From IMG/VR virus record IMGVR_UViG_2639762884_000001: a DNA stretch of 64,000 nucleotides; one strand, written 5' to 3'. This stretch comes from a virus (Duplodnaviria > Heunggongvirae > Uroviricota > Caudoviricetes). Made by a program: the position numbers and the translations under genes. Below, in pieces: positions 1 through 9,154 of this stretch (the first letter of the stretch is position 1; every line of letters begins with the position of its first letter). The notes beneath the pieces were generated by a model that was not told the DNA's origin, searched no databases, and was given only the letters and a program-made list of their open reading frames with translations.

Positions 1-1359
1 TATACGATCCGCATAACAACGGCCACAACGACAAGTGTTTCCGGTGCTCTCACTAATGCGGAGTTTATCTATGTATTTAATGGCACAGATTATTCTCCAG
101 GATGGCGAAGAGTATATAACACGAAAAACAAACCAACAGCCTCTGATGTCGGTGCATTACCTCTTACCGGTGGTACATTATCTGGAGGTTTGACATCTTC
201 TGGCGAGATCATTTCAAAATATGCAAATGGTTTCCGCATTGCTTACGGTAGCTTTGGGTTCTTTATCCGTAATGATGGATCGAACACATATTTCATGCTA
301 ACAGCATCAGGAGACACATTAGGTTCATGGAACGGTTTGCGACCTATTACAATTAATAATACCAGCGGTGCTGTATCAATTGGTAATGGACTAAATGTGA
401 CTGGTGGCGTAAATGGTAGTTTGAACGGTAATGCTTCAACAGCTACGAAGTTGCAAACAGCGAGAAACATCAATGGTGTTAAGTTTGATGGCTCAGGCGA
501 TATCAACATTAATACATTGGTATCTCGTGGCCGAGTTACGGCGTTAAGCGGTTCTACTCAAGGTACTGCTGGCATTCAAATGTACGAGGCGTACAACAAT
601 AGCTACCCGACCACGTATGGCAACGTATTGCACATGAAAGGTGCGAGTGCTGCTGGTGAGGGCGAGTTGCTTATTGGCTGGAGTGGTACGAGCGGTGCAC
701 ATGCGCCGGTTTTCATTCGCTCCAGAAGAGATACCACTGATGCGGCATGGTCAGCGTGGGCGCAGGTATATACCGCTAAGGATTCAATCCCTGGTGTGAA
801 TACAACCGGTAATCAGAATACTACTGGTAATGCCGCAACAGCCACAAAATTGCAGACAGCAAGGAAAATTGCTGGTGTGGCGTTTGATGGCTCTGCCGAT
901 ATAACTTTGACTGCGGCTAACCTTAATGCTTACACGAAAACAGAGGTAACAAACCTTCTAAGTTCCTATGTGAAGAGCAGTGCTCTTCCAAGCATGACTG
1001 TGCGAACTTCCTCTGTTTCAGGTGGGGATATGGGCATGAGCTTGTCCGCATTCATTAGCCACCTAAAATCAAATGGGGCGTTTAGCAAAAGTTATTGGAT
1101 TGGCTTTGGCGATGCTATGGGATTCAATGCTGGCAGTATCAACAATATAACGGGATTTGGTGCTGTAGAATTAGCAGAATCTATAATCGAAGTTTTTAAT
1201 CTACCTAACGGTGATTATACAATTCGTTTAACAACGTCACATAAAGCTGACTACGGTGGAGTTACAAACGCAATCCTCGTTTATCACTACCGTAGTAATA
1301 GAAGTCCGTCAGGTCAATGGCTGAAATTTGCAGGTACTGTTGGGGCAACAAGTAACTGA
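1..1359 (+). CDS. tail fibre protein, C-terminal portion (5' end upstream of window)
   Basis: Frame 1 open from base 1 to stop at 1357-1359; table ORF 190..1359 is only the part after the first Met; Gly/Thr/Asn/Ser-rich; two copies of fibre motif GNAxTATKLQTARxIxGVxFDGSxDI. Confidence 0.7.
   Translation, partial: YTIRITTATTTSVSGALTNAEFIYVFNGTDYSPGWRRVYNTKNKPTASDVGALPLTGGTLSGGLTSSGEIISKYANGFRIAYGSFGFFIRNDGSNTYFMLTASGDTLGSWNGLRPITINNTSGAVSIGNGLNVTGGVNGSLNGNASTATKLQTARNINGVKFDGSGDININTLVSRGRVTALSGSTQGTAGIQMYEAYNNSYPTTYGNVLHMKGASAAGEGELLIGWSGTSGAHAPVFIRSRRDTTDAAWSAWAQVYTAKDSIPGVNTTGNQNTTGNAATATKLQTARKIAGVAFDGSADITLTAANLNAYTKTEVTNLLSSYVKSSALPSMTVRTSSVSGGDMGMSLSAFISHLKSNGAFSKSYWIGFGDAMGFNAGSINNITGFGAVELAESIIEVFNLPNGDYTIRLTTSHKADYGGVTNAILVYHYRSNRSPSGQWLKFAGTVGATSN
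427..903 (+). repeat. intragenic duplicated tail-fibre motif (copies ~427-504 and ~826-903)
   Basis: NGNASTATKLQTARNINGVKFDGSGDI and TGNAATATKLQTARKIAGVAFDGSADI in the same frame. Confidence 0.6.
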
Positions 1360-1377
1360 TTTAGACATTATTTATAT

Positions 1378-1409
1378 GGCTGTGAGGTTTAAAATGCGAT
1401 CTCACAGCC
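1378..1409 (+). other. stem-loop downstream of tail-fibre gene (weak terminator candidate)
   Basis: ggctgtgag ... ctcacagcc inverted repeat; no clear T-run. Confidence 0.3.
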
Positions 1410-1479
1410 GCAATCATAGGGATATATTAGTGAGTTACTAGATACGAATTTGAACAGCCGTTAAACGGCATATGCATAG

Positions 1480-1499
1480 ATAGGTAAGTATGTACCTAT
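1480..1499. promoter_or_regulatory. intergenic ATAGGTAAGT...ACCTAT palindromic motif (family member)
   Basis: ataggtaagtatgtacctat, about 60-70 nt upstream of the holin-like gene; same motif family recurs in at least 15 intergenic regions. Confidence 0.3.
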
Positions 1500-1561
1500 A
1501 ATTGAAAGGAGAAGTGTGATATAAATCCGCCATCCCGATTTGACTTTTCATGGAGGAAAAT

Positions 1562-1885
1562 ATGTCGAACGAGATGGCGGGCGTTACAACAGAGCAAGTT
1601 GAGCGTATTGCCGCGATCGTTGCTCGGGAGGTTGTTGGTAAATTAGGTAAAGAGCTACGTGAAGAAATTGGCCAGGAGGTCAATGATCAGCTGAAAACCT
1701 ACTTTGGTGATATGACCCCGGCGCAACATAGTATTCAACACTCCAATCTGGACAAACTCCTTAACCGGTTAGATTCCATCTCCAGTGGGTTCTTTGGCGG
1801 CATTGTTTCTAAAATAACGTCGTTCATTATTACTGCACTGCTTTTGGGGTTAGCCGCGTATGGCGTAAAAAATGGACTGCAATAA
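1562..1885 (+). CDS. holin-like small membrane protein (single C-terminal TM)
   Basis: ATG at 1562 preceded by GGAGG; hydrophobic C-terminal segment ITSFIITALLLGLAAYGV; first gene of a lysis-type cassette. Confidence 0.35.
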   Translation: MSNEMAGVTTEQVERIAAIVAREVVGKLGKELREEIGQEVNDQLKTYFGDMTPAQHSIQHSNLDKLLNRLDSISSGFFGGIVSKITSFIITALLLGLAAYGVKNGLQ

Positions 1886-1898
1886 CAGGAGATCAAGG

Positions 1899-2591
1899 AT
1901 GAAGACTCCGAGAGGCATTCGTAATAATAACCCCGGTAATCTTGATAAAGGATCACCGTGGCAAGGTCTGGTTGCGAATCCAGACGAACCGCGCTTTTGC
2001 ACGTTTAAAGACCCTGTTTGGGGGATTCGTGCGCTGGCGGTGACTCTAATTACCTACCACGACAAACGTCGCGCAAAAGACGGCTCAAGTATCGATACCA
2101 TTCGTGAAGTTATTGAACGTTGGGCACCGCCGAATGAAAACAATACTGACGCCTACATTAATGAGGTGTCTAAAGCCGTTGGTGTAACCGCAGACATGAT
2201 CATCGATCTGCATGATTACGACATCCTTCGACCTTTGGTTGAGGCAATCATTCGCCATGAGAATGGGCGAGGTCCGCTAAAAACGCTGAACACCTGGTAT
2301 GCGGCAGAAGTTATTGAGGAAGGTCTGCGTCGAGCTGGCGTCGTTAAGCCGGTGAAAACCGTGAAGGCTGTTCCTGTAACTAAAGAAACCGCAGGCGCAA
2401 CTGTCACAGCAGGTATTGGTCTGGCGCAGCTGGCCGATGTTATGCAGCAGGTTTCCGCTGCTATGGATAAAGCACAAGGTCATATCTCTAGCGGGGATAC
2501 AGTACGCATCATCTTCGGTATTGCCACTATTGTTGTGGCAGGATTCATTGCCTGGTCGCAGGTAAGAAAACACCAGAAAGGGATGGTCTAA
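1899..2591 (+). CDS. putative endolysin-like protein with C-terminal membrane anchor
   Basis: ATG 1899 with AGGAG RBS; N-terminal RNNNPGNL-containing domain; hydrophobic C-terminus IIFGIATIVVAGFIAW; sits between holin-like gene and spanins; enzymatic family not assigned. Confidence 0.35.
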   Translation: MKTPRGIRNNNPGNLDKGSPWQGLVANPDEPRFCTFKDPVWGIRALAVTLITYHDKRRAKDGSSIDTIREVIERWAPPNENNTDAYINEVSKAVGVTADMIIDLHDYDILRPLVEAIIRHENGRGPLKTLNTWYAAEVIEEGLRRAGVVKPVKTVKAVPVTKETAGATVTAGIGLAQLADVMQQVSAAMDKAQGHISSGDTVRIIFGIATIVVAGFIAWSQVRKHQKGMV

Positions 2592-2592
2592 T

Positions 2593-2844
2593 ATGCTAGG
2601 CAGCCTGATGACAAAGCTAAAAGTTGCTTTGATTACGCTGGCTGCCGTTCTTTTCGTTCTTGTCGGCGCTTACACGATGGGCGGAAATGCGGCGCGACGA
2701 GCAATGGAAGAGAAGGCAAAACAGGAAGACAGAAAACGACTTCAAAGCACAGTGGATGTCAAAAATGAAACGGTTAATGAAGTGCGGCAAAAAGATGCCT
2801 CTGGTGTTCATCGCGAGCTGTTTGATAAATGGGTGCGTGATTAA
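2593..2844 (+). CDS. i-spanin (Rz-like)
   Basis: N-terminal TM (LITLAAVLFVLVGAY) followed by charged, coiled-coil-like region; overlaps o-spanin gene. Confidence 0.55.
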   Translation: MLGSLMTKLKVALITLAAVLFVLVGAYTMGGNAARRAMEEKAKQEDRKRLQSTVDVKNETVNEVRQKDASGVHRELFDKWVRD

Positions 2845-2992
2845 GACGCAGGCTCCAGGCGTGCTATTCTGCGATGCTGCAAATCCTATCTATGTGAGTA
2901 GAGAGGATTTTATGACTGAGGAAACGGAGCGACAGTTGCTTATCCACAATACGATAGGTGAAAGGCTGTGTGAGTGGGGGCACCTGAACTGA
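2765..2992 (+). CDS. o-spanin lipoprotein (Rz1-like), overlapping i-spanin in another frame
   Basis: MKRLMKCGKKMPLVFIAS-C signal peptide with lipobox IASC; short Cys-containing mature part; start inside the i-spanin gene. Confidence 0.55.
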   Translation: MKRLMKCGKKMPLVFIASCLINGCVIKTQAPGVLFCDAANPIYVSREDFMTEETERQLLIHNTIGERLCEWGHLN

Positions 2993-3216
2993 GTCGATGA
3001 TTGATGAGTGGTCTCAGTTTACCTTTTATCCTAAAGATGGCATCTTCACTCATATACACGCCTGTTCACTCAAGCTCATGTTGAATCATTTAGTAATTTG
3101 ATGTAGATTTATTAGGCATCCACGTAAGTGGACACATACAGGCTACGCATCCTCGTAGCCTTCAACCCCGAGAGGGGTGCCGCAATGACACTTGTGTTAA
3201 CGGCTAAGGTGGACAC

Positions 3217-3600
3217 ATGCTGAACGAGAAACGTTCTATACAAACTATTCGCGATTGCACGAGTATTATCGAGACTCATGTGCTGAATCAGCACAAGCTT
3301 GAAGTACGTAAGCTCAATAATGACGCTATTGAACCGGAAGACTCACGCTTCATCGTTACCTTCAAAGACGATGTTGAGCGCGCTGGTGCAAGCGTGAAGC
3401 CATTAGCTGAAGCAATTTACCTGAATGGTCGTGTTCGTTTTGTAGTCAAGCCAGCTAAACAGTACCCTGAGCTGTCTCGTTTTATCGAGGCTTTTTCGGA
3501 GGTTATTGAACATTCTATTCGCCGCTTCTTACGCAATCATGGTAGCATTGTCAGCACGGTTAAGGCTGATGATTCTGCTACAAAATGGCTCCTACACTAG
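3217..3600 (+). CDS. hypothetical protein
   Basis: ORF with AAGGTGGA RBS before ATG 3217. Confidence 0.5.
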   Translation: MLNEKRSIQTIRDCTSIIETHVLNQHKLEVRKLNNDAIEPEDSRFIVTFKDDVERAGASVKPLAEAIYLNGRVRFVVKPAKQYPELSRFIEAFSEVIEHSIRRFLRNHGSIVSTVKADDSATKWLLH

Positions 3601-4337
3601 ATAGCGCATATTCAAAAGATCTAAGCGAGTTTCCTCATAAAGGGGAGACTCGTGTTGTTCGTTTTGGCTTTCTTATCAATGAAGCCTCCCTCTATAAAAT
3701 CTCAGAAATTGAAATCATTGAACCAGAAGATGACATTTGCCTGTATGTCTCTATGGAACGTGTAGGTGCGCGCGACCAAGGCGACCTGAGCGAATTCATC
3801 TTAGATCGAGCGGATGAAGATGCCCCTGAAGAAGAGATTATCAAAGAGGTGCTCCAGTCCGGGCTTCTGGACGAAAACAAAAATACGATCGCTGGTAGGA
3901 TAGCTCTGCGTGAATATAGTTTTGTTGAAGACGGTAATGAGATCGAATGTTACCAGGTAGCCGGTGTCGAAACTGTCAGAGAGCGTCGTCAGCGAGGATT
4001 GTGTCACCGTACCTATCTCTTTCTTCTTCATTGGTATGAGCATTTAGTCTGCGACGATACACAAACCATTCCTGGTGCTAAGATCTGGGCAGGGCCTCTC
4101 ATGCGAACCGGCGATGTGCGTATATACAATGCCAAAACAGAAACGTTCGAGGATGTGTTAGGTGAGTACGGGATGGGGAAAGAAACCGGATTTTTGCCGT
4201 GGAACAGAGGATTGTTGCTTGATGCAGAGTTAAGCTCTTGGCTCCCAAACAAAGTGCAAGTTAACGTTCAGAAATTTATCGTACTTATCATCTCCCGCAA
4301 AACAAGAACTCCAGTAGGTTTATACCTAAAAGATTAA
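3585..4337 (+). CDS. hypothetical protein
   Basis: 250-aa ORF overlapping the upstream gene by 16 nt; followed by a terminator. Confidence 0.5.
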   Translation: MAPTLDSAYSKDLSEFPHKGETRVVRFGFLINEASLYKISEIEIIEPEDDICLYVSMERVGARDQGDLSEFILDRADEDAPEEEIIKEVLQSGLLDENKNTIAGRIALREYSFVEDGNEIECYQVAGVETVRERRQRGLCHRTYLFLLHWYEHLVCDDTQTIPGAKIWAGPLMRTGDVRIYNAKTETFEDVLGEYGMGKETGFLPWNRGLLLDAELSSWLPNKVQVNVQKFIVLIISRKTRTPVGLYLKD

Positions 4338-4342
4338 AAATC

Positions 4343-4366
4343 AGGCGACTTTGGTCGCCTTTTTGT
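4343..4366 (+). terminator. rho-independent terminator
   Basis: aggcgactttggtcgcct stem followed by ttttt. Confidence 0.6.
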
Positions 4367-4462
4367 TAACAGCCATTGATTCTCGCCTAAAAATTCTAAG
4401 GCAGCACCTACCATTTAACCTTTACACCACAGCCGTAGGCATTTAGGCTATATCACATATAA

Positions 4463-4480
4463 GAAAACAAGTTGTTTCAG
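4463..4480. promoter_or_regulatory. GAAAACAA-N-TTGTTT palindromic motif upstream of parA
   Basis: gaaaacaagttgtttcag, 50 nt upstream of ATG 4513; one of six near-identical sites. Confidence 0.45.
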
Positions 4481-4512
4481 ACGATAATTATATACGCAAA
4501 GGGAACTCTCCA

Positions 4513-5181
4513 ATGACCAAGATCTTTGTGGTTGGCGGCACAAAGGGCGGGCCTGGCAAATCCACCGTTGCCCAGCAAATTGCCGTTTGCCTGAAAGTCA
4601 AAAAGAAGAAGAAGGTTTATATCACCGATATAGATATTCAGCGCACGACAACGAGCTGGTGTGAAGACCGTCGACAGAACGAAGATCTTGAGCTGATTCC
4701 TTTTGCATACGTTCAAGATGACATCATTAAGCACCTAAAATCGCTTCAGGGTAGAGCTGAGTATGTAGTGGTAGATGCTGGTGGCTTTGACTCCGAAATT
4801 CAGCGACAAGCGATGCTGATGGCCGACGTTATCATTATCCCGCTGCGTCCTAAGCGTCGTGATTTGAAATCTTTACGTGACATCGATCCTATTATCGACA
4901 ATGTTCGCAATGTAAACGACAAAGTGAAAGTCCGCGCGGTCATGAACCAATGCCCGGCTTTGCCATCACAAGTGTCTCGCATTCTAGCGGCTAAAGAGAT
5001 TGTCGAGACGTTTGGCATCGAGTCTGCGCCAGTCAATCTATATAACCGCAACGTCTATGATGATGCGGAAGAGTCTGGTCGTTCTATCTTTGAAATGACC
5101 GGTAGCGAGCGCGACAAAAAGGCGGAAGCCGAGTTTGAAGAATTTGTAGATTATCTGTTGAGTCTGGAGGAAGAAGAATAA
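4513..5181 (+). CDS. parA: ParA-family partition ATPase (small type)
   Basis: Deviant Walker A GGTKGGPGKST near N-terminus; 222 aa; followed by small partner gene. Confidence 0.8.
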   Translation: MTKIFVVGGTKGGPGKSTVAQQIAVCLKVKKKKKVYITDIDIQRTTTSWCEDRRQNEDLELIPFAYVQDDIIKHLKSLQGRAEYVVVDAGGFDSEIQRQAMLMADVIIIPLRPKRRDLKSLRDIDPIIDNVRNVNDKVKVRAVMNQCPALPSQVSRILAAKEIVETFGIESAPVNLYNRNVYDDAEESGRSIFEMTGSERDKKAEAEFEEFVDYLLSLEEEE

Positions 5182-5540
5182 TGTCCATGAAAATGGGTGA
5201 CCTAGCAAAGCGCAAAGAGCCTGATGCACCGGCTAAGAACACAACTCCTTTGCGCCAACCAATCAGACCACAGGGACGCCCGACTCGTGGCAAAGAGAAA
5301 ATTAAAAGCCGCACGATGTCACTGGAAGACGAATACTTCGAACTGCTGGAGATGATGAAGTTCATCCCTCGCTTCGAGAAGTTCACCCGTTCTGACGTGA
5401 TTCGCGCAGCCATTTTCCATCTGGCAGAGAAGTCACCGCAGGAAATCGAGGACATCGTGAAACTTAACGAGGCGATCACTGCTGCCGATGTCACGATGCG
5501 TACCGATGAAATTAAACGCGAGTTAATGAAGAAAGGTTGA
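5181..5540 (+). CDS. small partition partner protein (ParB/ParG-like centromere-binding protein)
   Basis: 119-aa basic protein translationally coupled to parA (ATG overlaps stop); position only, no motif proof. Confidence 0.45.
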   Translation: MSMKMGDLAKRKEPDAPAKNTTPLRQPIRPQGRPTRGKEKIKSRTMSLEDEYFELLEMMKFIPRFEKFTRSDVIRAAIFHLAEKSPQEIEDIVKLNEAITAADVTMRTDEIKRELMKKG

Positions 5541-5546
5541 TATAAA

Positions 5547-5581
5547 TCTCTAAGGCTGGTCTGCATTGGACAGCCTTAGAA
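5547..5581. terminator. bidirectional stem-loop between convergent genes (also candidate ParB site)
   Basis: ctctaaggctg ... cagccttagaa perfect inverted repeat. Confidence 0.45.
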
Positions 5582-5600
5582 ATATTTCGTTCTATGAAAG

Positions 5601-6659
5601 CTATTCGTAGTTAAGCTCACCGAACAGACTGAACATCAAGTCACCATCCAAAATTTCAAAGGGCAACTCGACATACTCATCCTTATGTCTCGGAATTGCG
5701 TTGCCGTCGTTAGGGGCATTCTTGGTATAACCTTTTACATGTTTACCGTTTTCTTTTGTATACGGCAGCACGACAATTCGACCGTGATTTTTTGAAATGA
5801 TAGTTCCTTCTTTCCAGAGCGTATTGCCTCTTGAGGTGGTTTCGCTTTCGCTAGCAACTTTAACACTCCAACCTACCTGATTTTTGTCCTCAAACCAGAA
5901 AACAAAGTTGCCAACAACCAGTACCTTTTGCCCATTCCTGAGAGCTTCATCCAGCATTCTTTTTACGCTGGCGAGTTGCAGTAACCGGTTAGCACGCGGC
6001 AGAAGCATTGAGCGAATAGTCGCTTTTGTTTTTCCCCAATGTGCAGCGCCTGATAAACCAAAACCTCTGGCTATGCGTTCTTGGTAGCAGATCTTCGCTG
6101 TCTTAGCTTTGTTGTTATATGAACATTCCCAAGTGTTAGGAGCAACGAGTTGAAGTGAAACTTGGAATTTGGGAAGAAAAACAAAATGTAAGTAAGGCAT
6201 CTCGCTTAGCACGTCAAAAAGGGGTTGACGCAAAGTTTCGTAATCTGGGTTAATTATTAACTCATTTAATGTCACTCGCGGATCGTTGGCGTGTGCCTTA
6301 ATTGCTTCGTTGAGCATTATATGCTCTTCATCCATGAGACGTGATTTGGCTTTGAGTGCTTTGTCAACTTTCAAACGCAATGACTTCTTTTGAAACATAG
6401 ATAGAGGAAGTTTTTCAATGTCAAAGCTCACGTTTTTATTCAGCTCTAATGCCGCTTTTCTTGCTTCAGGATAGTTATCGTAGTCGTCATCAAAAGCGTG
6501 GTTTGGCATACCACGATCAACATATCGCCGATACCAAGCAAGGGTTCCATCATTACGGAGTTTCAGACAGAACATCGACCATTTATTCCGTTCATATTTA
6601 GGCTGAGGCCAAAAAGCCAGTTCGGGAAGGCCATATCCTGGAAGTCTATTCATGCGCAT
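5601..6659 (-). CDS. hypothetical protein
   Basis: Long minus-strand ORF (table 5601..6674, GTG); ATG at 6659 preferred; no recognised motif. Confidence 0.5.
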   Translation of the reverse strand: MRMNRLPGYGLPELAFWPQPKYERNKWSMFCLKLRNDGTLAWYRRYVDRGMPNHAFDDDYDNYPEARKAALELNKNVSFDIEKLPLSMFQKKSLRLKVDKALKAKSRLMDEEHIMLNEAIKAHANDPRVTLNELIINPDYETLRQPLFDVLSEMPYLHFVFLPKFQVSLQLVAPNTWECSYNNKAKTAKICYQERIARGFGLSGAAHWGKTKATIRSMLLPRANRLLQLASVKRMLDEALRNGQKVLVVGNFVFWFEDKNQVGWSVKVASESETTSRGNTLWKEGTIISKNHGRIVVLPYTKENGKHVKGYTKNAPNDGNAIPRHKDEYVELPFEILDGDLMFSLFGELNYE

Positions 6660-6777
6660 GGTGACAATATCCACGAGGCTAAAACACTGATTCTAACATG
6701 ATCTCCCTTGATAAATCTGTCAATGACATAGCATCTGGGGTTGGAGTCAAATTATGTTGTTCTTGGTATCCATTAGG

Positions 6778-6838
6778 AGCCTGTTTCTGTATATAAATAA
6801 TAAGTAACTTATTAAATATATACGGAAGCAGGTCTTTT
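6778..6838. repeat. AGCCTG(C/T)TTCTGTATATA...TATATACGGAAGCAGG hairpin element, copy 1
   Basis: Long imperfect inverted repeat with AT-rich loop; near-identical copy at 53874-53932. Confidence 0.5.
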
Positions 6839-6916
6839 AAAAGACACCACCAGACCAACTCCCTTCCGTTTTCACTTCCAAAAACTGACACCAGTCGCTA
6901 TCATCCGCTCATTGTG

Positions 6917-6937
6917 ATAAGTAAGTAACTACCTACC
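6917..6937. promoter_or_regulatory. ATAAGTAAGT...ACCTAC motif (family member)
   Basis: ataagtaagtaactacctacc immediately upstream of gene 6949. Confidence 0.3.
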
Positions 6938-6948
6938 AGGTGAGCCAC

Positions 6949-7689
6949 ATGAGCCAAATCTTTTTCGATACCATCGACAACGACCAGTACGACTTCATGA
7001 CAGAGTGGAATACCGCTGTTATGGACAAGTGGGTCGCTGAAAACATTGGTTTGTCGCGCTGTAAAGACGAGGCTGAACTCTTCGAGACGAAGTGGTTTGA
7101 TTACCGCGACATGCATCCTCTGATGGCCACCTGTCTATTTACGGAGGCATACAAACGTCAGTACTCAAATATCATGCTGACGCACGGTCGCGAACACTTT
7201 GAAACAGCTCCGTTCACCACCGGGTTAAAACGCCTGCCTTATCAGGAGTTGTCGACTGCCAATAAAACGTCGCTATGGAAAGCACGCCAGTTTGCTGACC
7301 GCTATTGCTGCTCATACGACTACTTTATCTCCACCGTTCTTTCCGCAGCTGCACGACGACTGTGGGACAAGCTGCCGCGTCCGCAGCATTTGTGGCAGCC
7401 AGAACTGATTGAGATATTTGAAGATAAATTAGCCAGACGCGCAACAACCCGTCTGGATGACTCTCTGGTTAGCTTTAAGCATATGGGAGACATGCAGTTC
7501 AACCCGATTCAGGAAAGCTATTTTGAGTGGATTCTGGAGCGTTTACGCGCCATCCCCCGCAGCAAGCGCATACGCGCAATTTTCTCCGCTATCTGGCTAA
7601 TGGAAATCGTTCCAGAGCGCCTTATTTCCGCCCACTTTCCAGAAGAACTGGAAGAAGCACGGCGGTTTATTGATCCCCTATCTAATTAA
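6949..7689 (+). CDS. hypothetical protein (upstream of helicase)
   Basis: ATG 6949 with AGGTGA RBS; table start 6940 is GTG. Confidence 0.5.
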   Translation: MSQIFFDTIDNDQYDFMTEWNTAVMDKWVAENIGLSRCKDEAELFETKWFDYRDMHPLMATCLFTEAYKRQYSNIMLTHGREHFETAPFTTGLKRLPYQELSTANKTSLWKARQFADRYCCSYDYFISTVLSAAARRLWDKLPRPQHLWQPELIEIFEDKLARRATTRLDDSLVSFKHMGDMQFNPIQESYFEWILERLRAIPRSKRIRAIFSAIWLMEIVPERLISAHFPEELEEARRFIDPLSN

Positions 7690-7698
7690 CTAATACTA

Positions 7699-7716
7699 GA
7701 AAACAATTTGTTTAAA
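7699..7716. promoter_or_regulatory. GAAAACAA-N-TTGTTT palindromic motif upstream of helicase
   Basis: gaaaacaatttgtttaaa, 34 nt upstream of ATG 7733. Confidence 0.45.
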
Positions 7717-7732
7717 AAACAAAGGAAAGCAC

Positions 7733-9073
7733 ATGACCGAACTTTGCCATACAGGACGCGGGCTGTCCGAAGAGTTTGATGAAGATTTCCAGAACAGACT
7801 GACGGCATATTTTTGTCGTGATCACGAGTTTCTTACTCGTGCGGGAGATCTGGTTGTGCCTAGCCAATTTGCCAATGCGGCCAATGCCATATTGGTTAAT
7901 ATGGTTTCGGGCTATTACCGTATGTACAAGAGCGCGCCCTCTTCATCTGCAATTCTGGATATGCTTAAGCGTGCGAAACGCGATAAGACTATCCGTGAGG
8001 AACTATTCGCCGATGTTGTTGCTGCGTTTAAGCGCATCCTTGCAGAAAAATTGTCCGATACCTCGTACATGGTTGACCAGGTATCAACCTTCGCAAAAAG
8101 CGTAGCGTTTGATGATGCTCTGATTAAGGCTGCTGAACTGAAAGAGAAAGGCGACTTTCAGGGGGCGATGGCAATCATGGCCAAGGTTCAGCAGATTGGA
8201 TCGAACGAAGCGACCGGAATCTATGACTACTACACCTCCGCAAGTGAGCGATTGAAAGCGCGTGAATATGAGGCTTCAGAGGAGTATGTGCCAAACAGCA
8301 TTACAACTGGACTCCCTCTGCTCGATAGGTTGTTGTACCAAAAAGGCTGGGCGAAGCGTGAAATGGTGCTCTTCATGGGGTTCGCTAAATCCGGTAAATC
8401 GACCGCAATGGGTGAGTTTTCCATAAACGCAACGCTTGCTGGCTACAATGTTCTGTATCTCTCGCTGGAGGTTCACACCACCATTTTATCCGACCGTTTT
8501 GATGCAAGATTGTCGGAGACAGAAATGTCCAAGCTAGTGGAACGGCGCGATGAGGTTCATCGTAAGTTGGCAGAGTTGGGAGCCACGAAGGGGATTGGTA
8601 GTTTGTGGGTGGTTGAGCGTCCGTCAGGAAGTATGTCACCGGCAGATCTGGACCGTATGCTTAACAGCATGAAAGCCAACGGCATGGTGCCTGACATGGT
8701 TGTTGTCGACTACGCAGATTTGATGCGTGCCAGTTATGACCTTCGTGATGATCGCGCCAACATTCGTAGTATCTACACCGATTTACGTGCTCTTTATGAC
8801 AAACATAACGTTGCTGGAATCACGGCATCGCAGACAAACCGTGAAGGTGGCGCGTCAGAAGTTGCCACAATGATGCACGCCGCCGACAACATCGAAAAAG
8901 TACGTATTGCTGACCTGGTAATAACGATCAACAAAACCGAAGAAGAAGAAGCGAAAGGAGAGGCTCGTCTCTACTTTGCTGGTTCACGTAACCAGCAGGG
9001 AGGGATCAGCATTCGCGTTAAACAAAACCTCGAACAAATGCGCTTCATTGAGCGAATCTTAGACGTTACCTAA
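7733..9073 (+). CDS. replicative DNA helicase (DnaB-like, RecA-fold C-terminal domain)
   Basis: Walker A GFAKSGKST; DnaB-type C-terminal region (VVVDYADLM, ITASQTNRE). Confidence 0.75.
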   Translation: MTELCHTGRGLSEEFDEDFQNRLTAYFCRDHEFLTRAGDLVVPSQFANAANAILVNMVSGYYRMYKSAPSSSAILDMLKRAKRDKTIREELFADVVAAFKRILAEKLSDTSYMVDQVSTFAKSVAFDDALIKAAELKEKGDFQGAMAIMAKVQQIGSNEATGIYDYYTSASERLKAREYEASEEYVPNSITTGLPLLDRLLYQKGWAKREMVLFMGFAKSGKSTAMGEFSINATLAGYNVLYLSLEVHTTILSDRFDARLSETEMSKLVERRDEVHRKLAELGATKGIGSLWVVERPSGSMSPADLDRMLNSMKANGMVPDMVVVDYADLMRASYDLRDDRANIRSIYTDLRALYDKHNVAGITASQTNREGGASEVATMMHAADNIEKVRIADLVITINKTEEEEAKGEARLYFAGSRNQQGGISIRVKQNLEQMRFIERILDVT

Positions 9074-9154
9074 AAAATAAGCGTGGAGAACACCTCCACG
9101 CTTGATTCATTGGTGAAACAACTTTTCTTTTGCCAAACCACAAAAGAAAAACAC

